Positions 9,628 through 19,621 of a stretch of 41,420 nucleotides of DNA are shown here, piece by piece (within the stretch, counting starts at the first letter, position 1; each line of letters starts with the position of its first letter). The stretch is taken from assembly GCA_049609665.1 (NCBI GenBank), contig JBMYYT010000002.1:1-41420 (forward strand), in the 5' to 3' direction. Both the position numbers and the translations under genes were made by a program. This DNA comes from Flavobacteriales bacterium. GTDB lineage: Bacteria; Bacteroidota; Bacteroidia; Flavobacteriales_D; CAJJDF01. The notes beneath the pieces were generated by a model, which made no database searches, was not told the DNA's origin, and saw only the letters and a list, made by a program, of their open reading frames with translations.

Positions 9628-12600
9628 TTAGAAATCCAAAGATAAAGAAAAGTAATTGATACGTCCTTGATTCACTCCGTCTTCAATTCCCCATGACCAA
9701 TCATAACGCACGAAATAACCAAAAAGCTCTGCACGTAATCCAAACCCATAACCAAAAATTATTGGTTCACGTTGATTTTCAAGTATCACGGTAATTGGCT
9801 TTTGGAATACTTCTCTTTTGTTAAATGAATTCTCAGGCGAATAAGGGTTTGGTCCAGTCCAAGCTGTTCCAACATCACCAAATCCCACAATCTGGAAAGA
9901 TCTTAAAAATTTACTTTGAACGGGATATTGACTGAAATATCTGAAAATTGGCCACCTAACCTCAGAATTAAGAACTGCAAAACTATTTCCAAATCTTGTG
10001 TTTTGGATAAATCCTCTCATTGGAGTAGCAATTGTTTGAAATGCAAAACCTTTATCTGTTGGAACTATAGTTTCTTCGTTGAACCTTGGCGCAAAACCTC
10101 CATCAACTCCTCCCATGTAATAAACCAGTTTTCGGTTCCCAAAAGAGGTGCTTGTTGCTAATCGTGATGCAAAAGTCAATTCCCTGTGGATTTTTATATA
10201 ATGTCTGACATCAGCACCTAAAACAAAAAAGTCCGTTTTTTCTTCAAATAATTCATGATAAAACTCTCCAAATAACTTTAATCGAGTTCCTTCAAAAAGG
10301 TTAATTCCTCTGTCAAATGTATTGTCATAAACATACTCTAATTTGGCACCTCCCATGTTTCTGAAAATATCTTCCGTCTCAAGACTTCTCCTATCAACCG
10401 AAGATGCAACGGTTAAATCATTTCTCAAATTAAATGTAAGACCTATTGAGGAAACCTCAGAGAAAGGATATTTAAGTCTATACTTTAATTCATGAATCAT
10501 TGTACGAACTGGAAAAATAGTCAAGTCGTTAGTATAAACCTGTCGAGAGAAAAGGTATTTCTTGTCAATCCTTTGTGATAAATCTTCATACACCACTAAA
10601 TAATCATTATCTCTTAAATTGAAGGATAAATTCACTCCTCCAATTAGCCTATAATCCTCCATCAAATCTTTCATTTGAATCAGATTGAAAATATTAATAT
10701 TTGGATTATTAAAGACAGGCTGGCTTGGGTTAAACACCTGATAACTATTGTTTATAAAGTTGTTATCCAGTTGGGTGGTTACACCGTCTAAAGTAAAATT
10801 GATGTTGTAAATTTTCCTTGTAGGCAACTCAAAATCATCATTGAATCCTGATTTCTTCTTTCCTCCTATTGAATTTTCAGGGTTCATAAAAACCATTTCA
10901 TTTTTATTCTTCTTAACCCCAGATTTCTTTTTCTTCTCGTTTAAAAATTTATAATTGGTAATGTTAATTGAAGAATCATTAACGGTTACTGGAGTCTTTT
11001 CAATAATTTCAACCGTACTTTTCTTTTCGTTAAAATTAATTGTATTGTTATTAATCTCCTGGAAATAGGAACTTGAAACATTACCCGAAATCATCTTGTC
11101 CAATCCAATATCACCTACAAAAACTTTATACTCATCATTATGATGCAACAACGTTCCAACATTTTTTGATTCTGGAGAGTAATCCAGTTTTATAATATTT
11201 CTTTTATAGTCGGTAAGTATGGATGATTTGGAATAGTATCGGTAAGAGATAACAGTATCTACTGAGCTTATTGTACTATCAAAAACTGCCACATACCTAT
11301 TCATTATTCCGTTTTCATCTGCCAAATAAGTGTATTTCCTTTTTGTGACTTCATAAGGAGAATATTCATTCACATTGGGAGTATTGGTTACTCTTTTTAG
11401 CGTTCTCTGGAATTTTTTCTCTAAATCATAAATGTAAATGTCATATAAATATGGAGTTGGTTTTCTTTCGGGAGTAAGAAATAATGAATCGTTTTTTCTA
11501 TTTGAAGAAAAAATAATTTTACTGGAATTTTCAATGAAAGATGGGTTTATTTCATCATAAAAGTCATTCGTTAATTTAAGATATCCGTTCCCAACTATGG
11601 TATACAAAAACAAATCAACGTTTCCTTTTTGCACCCCAGAAAACACAAACTGAGTTCCTGTATGGTTGTAATTAAAACTGGTGATTTTTGAAATTTTCTG
11701 AACCTGAACTTTATATTTCTTTTTAGATTCTAAATTGTAAAAATTAAAAAACACCGCTCCTTCTCTTTCCTCAACAAAGGCAAGTGTTTTTCCATCTGGA
11801 TGCCAATCAATTAATGGATAAGTTTCATCTGCTTTTCGTTCGATCTTGTAGCCCCTTCGCAGAACTCTTGTATACTTTTGAGTATTAATATCGTAAATCC
11901 AGATGTAATACTTCCCCAATTCATTGGTCACATAGGCTATTTTATTTCCATCTGAGCTTATTTTAAACTGCGTGATATTCCCTTTTTTCTTTCGGCTTTT
12001 CAACACAATTTCTTGCTGTAAAGGAAGTTTTTTAGTTTCCTCGTCTTTCTCGTATCGTTTTTTATAATAGGCTACGAAGTCATTATTGAGTGCTTTTGTA
12101 GTTTTTCCTAAAACAAAACGAAAACTGGATTCAAAGCTTTTTGATACACTTACTAAGTAGAGTATCTGAGGAATCACCTCTTCTCCGTAAACTTGCGAAA
12201 TGTAATTCCACATTGCATGACCTGCGTATTTAGCTTTACTTGCCTCAATTCTTCCCAATTTATCATAGTTCCCATTGAGGACATTGTCTTTTACAGCGTT
12301 ATCAATTTCGGGATTCCATTCCACTGATTTATAAGAATATAAACCTTGGGTAAACCATTCTGGCAATTGAACGGTTGCTGATCCTCGCACAACTTTTTTC
12401 CAACTTCCTTGAAACACCATTTTATTCACAATTACTTCAGAAAGTGCAGCCCGTATTTGTTCATCAAAACTGGTATGATCATCCTCAAAATAAACAAACA
12501 TCTTGTTTCCAACAATTCTATTCTTACCCCCTACATTGGATGTTATTTCATTTGTCAATCCAATATTACTCTGTCTAAAGTCAGATTGTTTGTTGAACAC

Positions 12601-12885
12601 CAATATATCTAATTTTGAATCCAACTCAGTTTCAAAATACAATTCTAATTCTTGAAGGCTTTGGTGTGCCGAACGAGCAACATATTGCGAATGTTCCATT
12701 CCGTTTCCGTAAAAGAAAATGCGGAATCTTTCAAAGTCATAATATTGCCAAAAGAAAGTAACTTCCTGCACACGATTTTTTCCAAACTCTTGGAACGAAC
12801 CAGTGTAAAACTGGGAATTAGCATTATTGGAAATAAACATTCCAATAAACACAAAATACAGAATATGTTTCTTGATGAAATTCAT
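9628..12885 (-). CDS. Omp85/BamA-superfamily outer membrane protein with N-terminal degenerate zincin-like domain and TolB/PD40-like propeller
   Basis: Signal peptide from ATG 12885 (track start 12912). FGKNRVQ N-terminus, LPEWFTQGL, propeller repeats (SSDGNKIAY, WHPDGKTLAF) and a C-terminal barrel with PMRGF and FGDVG Omp85 motifs ending in F. Confidence 0.72.
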   Translation of the reverse strand: MNFIKKHILYFVFIGMFISNNANSQFYTGSFQEFGKNRVQEVTFFWQYYDFERFRIFFYGNGMEHSQYVARSAHQSLQELELYFETELDSKLDILVFNKQSDFRQSNIGLTNEITSNVGGKNRIVGNKMFVYFEDDHTSFDEQIRAALSEVIVNKMVFQGSWKKVVRGSATVQLPEWFTQGLYSYKSVEWNPEIDNAVKDNVLNGNYDKLGRIEASKAKYAGHAMWNYISQVYGEEVIPQILYLVSVSKSFESSFRFVLGKTTKALNNDFVAYYKKRYEKDEETKKLPLQQEIVLKSRKKKGNITQFKISSDGNKIAYVTNELGKYYIWIYDINTQKYTRVLRRGYKIERKADETYPLIDWHPDGKTLAFVEEREGAVFFNFYNLESKKKYKVQVQKISKITSFNYNHTGTQFVFSGVQKGNVDLFLYTIVGNGYLKLTNDFYDEINPSFIENSSKIIFSSNRKNDSLFLTPERKPTPYLYDIYIYDLEKKFQRTLKRVTNTPNVNEYSPYEVTKRKYTYLADENGIMNRYVAVFDSTISSVDTVISYRYYSKSSILTDYKRNIIKLDYSPESKNVGTLLHHNDEYKVFVGDIGLDKMISGNVSSSYFQEINNNTINFNEKKSTVEIIEKTPVTVNDSSINITNYKFLNEKKKKSGVKKNKNEMVFMNPENSIGGKKKSGFNDDFELPTRKIYNINFTLDGVTTQLDNNFINNSYQVFNPSQPVFNNPNINIFNLIQMKDLMEDYRLIGGVNLSFNLRDNDYLVVYEDLSQRIDKKYLFSRQVYTNDLTIFPVRTMIHELKYRLKYPFSEVSSIGLTFNLRNDLTVASSVDRRSLETEDIFRNMGGAKLEYVYDNTFDRGINLFEGTRLKLFGEFYHELFEEKTDFFVLGADVRHYIKIHRELTFASRLATSTSFGNRKLVYYMGGVDGGFAPRFNEETIVPTDKGFAFQTIATPMRGFIQNTRFGNSFAVLNSEVRWPIFRYFSQYPVQSKFLRSFQIVGFGDVGTAWTGPNPYSPENSFNKREVFQKPITVILENQREPIIFGYGFGLRAELFGYFVRYDWSWGIEDGVNQGRINYFSLSLDF

Positions 12886-12918
12886 ACAGAATATAAATTT
12901 ACTAAAAAACAATGTGAG

Positions 12919-13440
12919 TTATTCTGTTTCATTTAAAGAAGTTGACTTAATTTCTTTAAATAAATTGTTTTTTTCGATTTCTGGGAGAATTTTATCCGAT
13001 GATTCAAGCAAAGGTTTGTAAAGCATAGAATTATCTTTTGTTTCTTTAGGAATAAAATTCAATTTACTGTCGTAGGATTCAATAATAGTAATGAGAACAC
13101 CCAGAGCCAACACCATTTTTAAAACTCCGAAAAGAGCACCTAACAACTTATTAATCATTTTAAGAGCTACCATGTTAATAATTTTTTCAACGACTTTTCC
13201 CGCCATAAAAACTAATAATAAAATCACTAAAAAAGTAACCGTAAAAGAAGCTATATTCAAATATTCTGAATCCACGTAAGAAGTTAAATATTCAGCAGTA
13301 GTATCTGAGAACTTGAGTCCTCCGTATACCCCGAGCATAAGTGCAACAATGCTCACCAATTCAAATACAAGTCCTTTTTTAAACCCTTTGTATCCAAACC
13401 AAATTAAAACTATAGCAATAAAAACATCTATAAAATTCAT
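12919..13440 (-). CDS. cvpA: CvpA family membrane protein
   Basis: MNFID...GFKKGLVFE; NKLLGALFG; SMLY motif. Confidence 0.9.
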   Translation of the reverse strand: MNFIDVFIAIVLIWFGYKGFKKGLVFELVSIVALMLGVYGGLKFSDTTAEYLTSYVDSEYLNIASFTVTFLVILLLVFMAGKVVEKIINMVALKMINKLLGALFGVLKMVLALGVLITIIESYDSKLNFIPKETKDNSMLYKPLLESSDKILPEIEKNNLFKEIKSTSLNETE

Positions 13441-13566
13441 CTATTATAAAGGTATAATTTTTATCAAGAATCTATATAAATAAGCTATTTTTGTTCTTAT
13501 AACTTGCTTTAAATTTATTCTAAAGTTACATTTACCATTACAATTAAGAAAAAACTATAATTAAAC

Positions 13567-14250
13567 ATGTCTAAATCAAAATTCACTACCATAGGCCGAA
13601 AAATTTTAATGGCTTTATCAGGATTCTTTTTAATGTTTTTCTTGTTACAGCATTTAACTATTAATATGCTTTCAGTAATAAGCCCTGATACTTTCAATGA
13701 AGTTTCTCAGTTTATGGGAACAAATCCAGTTGTTCAGTTTGCTCTCCAACCTGTTTTAATCTTCGCAGTGTTTTTTCATTTTATAATGGGAATCATTTTG
13801 GAACTTCAAAACCGAAACGCAAGAAGCATCAAGTATGCTTATAACAAACCAGGAACCAACTCTAACTGGATGTCAAGAAATATGATATACTCAGGATTAG
13901 TAGTATTAGCATTTTTAGGTTTACACTTTTACGATTTTTGGGTTCATGAAATAACAGTAAAATATGCTAATGGCGATATGACTGGATTAGTTGACCCAAA
14001 CGACCCAAATAGTGGATTCCGTTATTACGAAGAATTATCAGAAAAATTTAAAGACCCTACCAGAGTGATTCTTTACATCATTTCTTTTGTTCTCTTGGCT
14101 TTACATTTACTGCACGGATTTCAATCCTCTTTCCAGTCAGCTGGAATTACAAAAGGAAAAAACTTTATCAAAAAATTTGGAAACGTATTCGGGATAGCTG
14201 TTCCAGCTGGATTCGTTTTTATTGCAATTTTTCATTATTTACAACACTAA
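13567..14250 (+). CDS. sdhC: Succinate dehydrogenase cytochrome b558 subunit
   Basis: IGRKILMALSG, four conserved His in TM helices, HLLHGFQSSFQS; first gene of sdhCAB. Confidence 0.95.
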   Translation: MSKSKFTTIGRKILMALSGFFLMFFLLQHLTINMLSVISPDTFNEVSQFMGTNPVVQFALQPVLIFAVFFHFIMGIILELQNRNARSIKYAYNKPGTNSNWMSRNMIYSGLVVLAFLGLHFYDFWVHEITVKYANGDMTGLVDPNDPNSGFRYYEELSEKFKDPTRVILYIISFVLLALHLLHGFQSSFQSAGITKGKNFIKKFGNVFGIAVPAGFVFIAIFHYLQH

Positions 14251-14257
14251 TTAGAAT

Positions 14258-16273
14258 ATGAGCACACTTGATTCTAAAGTCCCAGAAGGTCCATTAAAAG
14301 ATAAATGGACAACTTATAAAGACAAGATTAATTTGGTAAACCCTGCCAACAAACGTCATATTGATGTTATTGTTATTGGTACAGGGTTAGCTGGAGGTTC
14401 TGCCTCTGCTACACTTGCTGAACTTGGTTATAATGTAAAAGCGTTTTGTTACCAAGATTCTCCACGAAGAGCCCATTCGATTGCCGCTCAAGGGGGAATA
14501 AATGCAGCCAAAAACTACCAAGGTGATGGAGATTCCAATTACAGATTATTTTATGATACTGTAAAAGGAGGTGATTACCGTTCAAGAGAATCAAACGTAT
14601 ATCGTTTGGCAGAAGTTTCTGCAAATATTATTGACCAATGTGTTGCTCAAGGAGTTCCTTTTGCCAGGGATTATGGAGGATTATTGGATAATCGTTCTTT
14701 TGGAGGAGTGTTAGTTTCAAGAACTTTTTATGCCAAAGGGCAAACTGGACAACAATTGCTATTAGGAGCTTACTCGGCAATGAACAGACAAATTGCAAGA
14801 GGAAAAATTGATATGTACAACAGACACGAAATGTTGGACATTGTAAAAGTAGATGGAAAAGCAAGAGGAATTATTGCTCGAAATTTAATTACGGGTGAAC
14901 TTGAAAGACATTCAGCTCATGCAGTTGTGATTGCCTCTGGAGGGTATGGAAATGTTTATTTCTTATCAACTAATGCTATGGGTAGTAATGTAACTGCTGC
15001 ATGGAAAACTCACAAAAAAGGAGCCTATTTTGCAAACCCTTGCTTTACGCAAATCCATCCAACATGTATTCCAAGATCTGGAGATTACCAATCGAAATTA
15101 ACATTGATGTCCGAGTCATTGAGAAATGATGGTAGAATTTGGGTTCCGAAAAACATGGATGATGTTATGGCAATCCGTGAAGGTAGAAAAAAGCCAACCG
15201 ATTTATCTGAAGACGAAAGAGACTATTACTTGGAAAGAAGATACCCAGCTTTTGGAAACTTAGTCCCAAGGGATGTTGCATCGAGAGCTGCAAAAGAGAG
15301 ATGTGATGCTGGTTATGGGGTCAATAAAACTGGAGAAGCAGTTTATCTTGATTTTAAATCTGCAATTGAAAGATACGGAAAAGAACAAGCTAAAATTCAC
15401 AATGAAACCAATGCCTCTGAATCAAGAATATATGATTTAGGAAAAGCTGTTGTTGAAGCGAAATACGGGAATTTATTCCAAATGTATGAGAAAATTGTAG
15501 ATGAGAATCCATACAAAACACCTATGATGATTTATCCAGCAACTCATTACACAATGGGAGGCTTATGGGTAGATTACAATTTAATGACAACAGTTGAAGG
15601 ATGTTACGCAATAGGAGAAGCTAATTTTTCTGATCACGGAGCAAACAGACTTGGAGCATCAGCCTTGATGCAAGGATTAGCAGATGGATATTTCGTACTT
15701 CCTTATACAATAGGAGATTATTTATCTCACGATATCAGAACAGGTAAAATTCCAACAGATACGGCTGAGTTTGAAGAAGCTGAAAATTCAGTGAAAGCAA
15801 CACTTGATAAACTTTTAAATACTGGTGGAACTAAATCTGTAGATTATTTCCACAAAAAGTTAGGGCTTATCATGTGGAATAAAGTAGGAATGTCAAGAAA
15901 TGAAAAAGGATTAAAAGAAGCAATTGCTGAAATTCAAGAATTAAGAGCACAGTTTTGGAAAGATGTTAGAGTTCCTGGTGGAATGAATGAAGTTAATCCT
16001 GAATTAGAAAAAGCTGGAAGAGTTGCTGATTTTCTTGAATTAGGAGAATTGTTTGCACAAGATGCATTGACAAGAAACGAGTCTTGCGGTGGACATTTTA
16101 GAGAAGAATCTGTTGAAATTGATGGAGAGCAAAAAGGTGAAGCAAAAAGAGATGATGAAAATTTCACATTTGTATCAGCTTGGGAATACAAAGGAACTCC
16201 TTCTGAAGCACAGCTTCACAAAGAGGAATTGAAATACGAGAATATTGAGTTAAAGCAGAGAAGTTACAAGTAA
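14258..16273 (+). CDS. sdhA: Succinate dehydrogenase/fumarate reductase flavoprotein subunit
   Basis: GTGLAG FAD-binding motif, [30 protein letters not shown]. Confidence 0.98.
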   Translation: MSTLDSKVPEGPLKDKWTTYKDKINLVNPANKRHIDVIVIGTGLAGGSASATLAELGYNVKAFCYQDSPRRAHSIAAQGGINAAKNYQGDGDSNYRLFYDTVKGGDYRSRESNVYRLAEVSANIIDQCVAQGVPFARDYGGLLDNRSFGGVLVSRTFYAKGQTGQQLLLGAYSAMNRQIARGKIDMYNRHEMLDIVKVDGKARGIIARNLITGELERHSAHAVVIASGGYGNVYFLSTNAMGSNVTAAWKTHKKGAYFANPCFTQIHPTCIPRSGDYQSKLTLMSESLRNDGRIWVPKNMDDVMAIREGRKKPTDLSEDERDYYLERRYPAFGNLVPRDVASRAAKERCDAGYGVNKTGEAVYLDFKSAIERYGKEQAKIHNETNASESRIYDLGKAVVEAKYGNLFQMYEKIVDENPYKTPMMIYPATHYTMGGLWVDYNLMTTVEGCYAIGEANFSDHGANRLGASALMQGLADGYFVLPYTIGDYLSHDIRTGKIPTDTAEFEEAENSVKATLDKLLNTGGTKSVDYFHKKLGLIMWNKVGMSRNEKGLKEAIAEIQELRAQFWKDVRVPGGMNEVNPELEKAGRVADFLELGELFAQDALTRNESCGGHFREESVEIDGEQKGEAKRDDENFTFVSAWEYKGTPSEAQLHKEELKYENIELKQRSYK

Positions 16274-16372
16274 GGAGTCTCCAGTAATTAGTTTTAATAC
16301 TAATGAAAAGGCATTAAATAAGTCTTGAAACAAACAATTTTAGAGAAAATAAGTTAAATACAATTGGTAGTT

Positions 16373-16407
16373 ACTAATCACTAACGACTAATTACTAAGT
16401 ACTAAAA
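16373..16407 (+). repeat. Five tandem degenerate heptamers ACTAANN directly upstream of sdhB
   Basis: ACTAATC ACTAACG ACTAATT ACTAAGT ACTAAAA. AGTAATTAGT at 16283-16292 is the exact reverse complement of 16387-16396. Confidence 0.8.
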
Positions 16408-16409
16408 AA

Positions 16410-17150
16410 ATGAATTTAACACTAAAAATATGGCGTCAAAAAGACGCTAAGTCAAAAGGGAAAATGGTTACTTATCCAATATCCAATATAGAAGGACATA
16501 TGTCTTTTCTTGAAATGATGGATATTTTGAATGACCAACTAATTGAAAAAGGAGAAGAACCTGTTGCATTTGATCACGATTGTAGAGAAGGAATTTGCGG
16601 GATGTGTTCTATGTACATTAATGGTGAGGCTCATGGCCCAGATAGAGGAGTTACAACCTGTCAATTACACATGAGAATGTTTAAAGACGGAGAAACTATA
16701 CATATCGAACCATTCAGAGCAAATTCATTTCCGGTATTAAAAGATTTAATGATTGATAGAAGTGCATTTGATAGAATTCAGCAAGCTGGAGGATATATCT
16801 CTGTAAATACTTCTGGAAATACTCAAGATGCAAACTCTTTACCTATTCCTAAAGCAGATGCCGATTTAGCTATGGACGCAGCAACCTGTATCGGTTGTGG
16901 AGCATGTGTAGCTACTTGCAAAAATTCGTCTGCAATGTTGTTTGTTGGTGCCAAAGTGTCACAATATGCATTATTACCACAAGGACAAGTTGAAGCAAAT
17001 GAAAGAGTATTAAATATGGTAAATCAAATGGACATTGAGGGATTCGGAAACTGCACAAACACAGGAGCTTGCGAAGTGGAATGCCCTAAGGGAATTTCTT
17101 TAGATAATATTGCAAGAATGAACAGAGAGTTAATGAAAGCAAAGATTTAA
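16410..17150 (+). CDS. sdhB: Succinate dehydrogenase iron-sulfur subunit
   Basis: [20 protein letters not shown] and [12 protein letters not shown] Fe-S motifs. Confidence 0.98.
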   Translation: MNLTLKIWRQKDAKSKGKMVTYPISNIEGHMSFLEMMDILNDQLIEKGEEPVAFDHDCREGICGMCSMYINGEAHGPDRGVTTCQLHMRMFKDGETIHIEPFRANSFPVLKDLMIDRSAFDRIQQAGGYISVNTSGNTQDANSLPIPKADADLAMDAATCIGCGACVATCKNSSAMLFVGAKVSQYALLPQGQVEANERVLNMVNQMDIEGFGNCTNTGACEVECPKGISLDNIARMNRELMKAKI

Positions 17151-17257
17151 AACCTTTTTGGAACGAACTTTGTTAAGAAAGTAGTGTGCGAATTTTTGTT
17201 TTATAGGAATTAATTATATTTATTTGCACAATCTAAACAATTAAAAATTAAAAGAAA

Positions 17258-17491
17258 ATGGCAGAAATACAAGATAAAGTAGTAGCGATTATAGTTGACA
17301 AATTAGGAGTTGATGCTTCTGAAGTAACTTTAGAGTCTAACTTTACAAACGATTTAGGAGCAGATTCATTGGATACTGTTGAACTAATCATGGAATTTGA
17401 AAAAGAATTCAACATTGCAATTCCAGACGATCAAGCAGAAAAAATTGCTACGGTTGGAGATGCAGTAACATTCATCAATGACGCTAAATAA
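17258..17491 (+). CDS. acpP: Acyl carrier protein
   Basis: [12 protein letters not shown] phosphopantetheine site; 77 aa, acidic. Confidence 0.98.
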   Translation: MAEIQDKVVAIIVDKLGVDASEVTLESNFTNDLGADSLDTVELIMEFEKEFNIAIPDDQAEKIATVGDAVTFINDAK

Positions 17492-17504
17492 AAATTAGCC
17501 ACTC

Positions 17505-18755
17505 ATGGAATTAAAAAGAGTTGTAATAACTGGAATCGGTGCACTAACCCCAATTGGGAATAGTGCGTCCGATTATTTTGATTCGCTTAAAAAAGGGGTG
17601 TCTGGCGGTGCACCAATCACAAAATTTAACGCTGAAAAATTTAAAACTCAATTTGCCTGTGAAGTTAAAGGCTTTGATGTAAATGAGTTTATCCATAGAA
17701 AAGATGCGAGAAAATTAGATGTATTTTCTCAATATGCTATGGTAACAGCTGATGAAGCTGTTTTAGATTCAGGAATGAATCTTGAAGAAATTGACACGGA
17801 TAGAATTGGTGTAATTTGGGGAGCAGGAATTGGAGGACTTAAAACTCTTCAAGACGAATGTCAAAATTTCTTTGAAGGAGATGGAACTCCAAAATTTAAT
17901 CCATTTTTTATTCCAAAAATGATTGCTGATATTGCAGCAGGCCATATTTCAATTAAATACGGTTTTAGAGGACCTAACTTTGCAACAGTATCTGCTTGTG
18001 CCTCTTCAACAAATGCATTAATTGATGCGTTTAATTATATCCGATTGGGTAAAGCAAATGCAATATTGGCTGGAGGTTCTGAAGCTGCAGTTACAGAAAC
18101 TGGAATAGGAGGATTTAATGCTTTACACGCACTTTCCCAAGACAATCATGCGCCAGAAAAAGCTTCAAGACCATTTGACAAAAACAGAAATGGATTTGTA
18201 TTAGGTGAAGGATCAGGAGCACTAATGCTTGAAGAATATGAGCACGCAATTGCTCGTGGAGCAAAAATATACGCTGAAGTTGTAGGTGGAGGAGCATCAG
18301 GTGATGCACACCACATTACTGCACCACATCCAGATGGATTGGGAGCTCGTAATGCAATGAAAGAAGCATTAAGAGATGCAGGAATTGAACCCTCTGCAAT
18401 TGATTACATCAATGTTCATGGAACATCAACTCCTCTTGGAGATATTGCTGAAGCTAAAGCAATTCAGCAAGTTTTTGGAGACCACGCCTATAATTTAAAT
18501 ATAAGCTCTACAAAATCCATGACAGGTCACTTATTAGGTGCTGCTGGAGTTATAGAAGCTCTTGCATGTATAATGGCCGTAACGGAAAATATTGTACCTC
18601 CTACAATCAATCATACAGAAGTTGATCCAGAATTGGACGAGAAATTGAATTTTACCTTCAACAAAGCCCAAGAAAGAGAAGTAAATTATGCATTATCAAA
18701 TACTTTTGGATTTGGAGGGCATAACGCGACTCTTATCATCAAGAAGCATAAATAA
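17505..18755 (+). CDS. fabF: 3-oxoacyl-ACP synthase II
   Basis: SACASS catalytic Cys, NVHGTST, KSMTGHLLG, NTFGFGGHN. Confidence 0.97.
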   Translation: MELKRVVITGIGALTPIGNSASDYFDSLKKGVSGGAPITKFNAEKFKTQFACEVKGFDVNEFIHRKDARKLDVFSQYAMVTADEAVLDSGMNLEEIDTDRIGVIWGAGIGGLKTLQDECQNFFEGDGTPKFNPFFIPKMIADIAAGHISIKYGFRGPNFATVSACASSTNALIDAFNYIRLGKANAILAGGSEAAVTETGIGGFNALHALSQDNHAPEKASRPFDKNRNGFVLGEGSGALMLEEYEHAIARGAKIYAEVVGGGASGDAHHITAPHPDGLGARNAMKEALRDAGIEPSAIDYINVHGTSTPLGDIAEAKAIQQVFGDHAYNLNISSTKSMTGHLLGAAGVIEALACIMAVTENIVPPTINHTEVDPELDEKLNFTFNKAQEREVNYALSNTFGFGGHNATLIIKKHK

Positions 18756-18825
18756 CTCTTATTTTATTCAAACACTTTAGTTCTAAAAGAAAATCAGATT
18801 TTTCTTAGAATAGGATTAATATTTC

Positions 18826-18855
18826 TTGAAAATATCAAAACAATGATTAAATTTG
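18826..18855 (+). promoter_or_regulatory. Bacteroidota sigma-A promoter for tRNA-Leu
   Basis: TTG (18826-18828), 19-nt spacer, TAAATTTG (18848-18855); matches the -33/-7 consensus TTG-N19-21-TAnnTTTG. Confidence 0.7.
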
Positions 18856-18911
18856 CATCCACTTGTTTAAATTCTATTTTGAAATGTTACCAGAAGTGGA
18901 GTTTAAAATAT

Positions 18912-18992
18912 GCCTGAGTGGCGGAACTGGTAGACGCGCACGACTCAAACTCGTGTATCTTTGATGTGTCGGTTCGATTCCGACCTCAGGTA
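18912..18992 (+). tRNA. tRNA-Leu (anticodon CAA)
   Basis: Acceptor stem GCCTGAG/CTCAGGT plus discriminator A; D-arm GGCGGAACTGGTAGACGC; anticodon arm CACGA-CTCAAAC-TCGTG; variable arm; T-loop GGTTCGATTCC. CCA is not encoded. Confidence 0.96.
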
Positions 18993-18994
18993 CT

Positions 18995-19032
18995 AAAAAG
19001 CCCTCTTAATCAAATGATTGAGAGGGCTTTTT
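18995..19032. terminator. Bidirectional intrinsic terminator between tRNA-Leu and eda
   Basis: AAAAAGCCCTCT-TAATCAAATGATTG-AGAGGGCTTTTT inverted repeat with A/T tails on both sides, between convergent genes. Confidence 0.85.
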
Positions 19033-19051
19033 AATTACAAAATTTGAACTA

Positions 19052-19618
19052 TTACTTCAATACCCAAGAACCACCGACACAAATCACATTGTTCAGATCC
19101 AAACATTCTTGAAAATTAGATTCATTTAGTCCTCCTGTTGGGCAAAATTTTACCTGTTCGAAAACTCCTCCATAAGTTTTTAAGGCTTTGATGCCTCCTG
19201 CTAAATTAAAAGGAAATAGCTTAAAAGTATCCCATCCTCTATTCAAGTTTGAAATAATTTCGGAGGGAGTCATTACTCCCGGGAGAAAAGGAATTTCTGC
19301 TTTATTAAAAGCTTCAGCAACTTCATCAGATACTCCTGGACTAACCATAAAATCCACTCCTAATTGAGCACATTCTTTAACTTGTGAGGCATTTACAATG
19401 GTTCCTACTCCTACTTTAAATCCTTTTGGCTTTAGTTCTATTGCTTTTGCAATAGCTTCCATAGCACATTCTGAACGTAAGGTAATTTCAATACAATTAA
19501 TCTCCTGTTGTATCAATCTATTCAAAATAGACTCCACCTCAGATAAATCAGTGATATTTACTACTGGGATTATTGAATGCTCTGCTAATAATTTTCTTAT
19601 TCCAAATTGTGATTCCAT
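19052..19618 (-). CDS. eda: KDPG/KHG aldolase
   Basis: IEITLR, GVGT, FMVSPG, PGVMTPSE, KLFP (Schiff-base Lys), FCPTGG, VGGSW. Confidence 0.96.
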   Translation of the reverse strand: MESQFGIRKLLAEHSIIPVVNITDLSEVESILNRLIQQEINCIEITLRSECAMEAIAKAIELKPKGFKVGVGTIVNASQVKECAQLGVDFMVSPGVSDEVAEAFNKAEIPFLPGVMTPSEIISNLNRGWDTFKLFPFNLAGGIKALKTYGGVFEQVKFCPTGGLNESNFQECLDLNNVICVGGSWVLK

Positions 19619-19621
19619 AGC

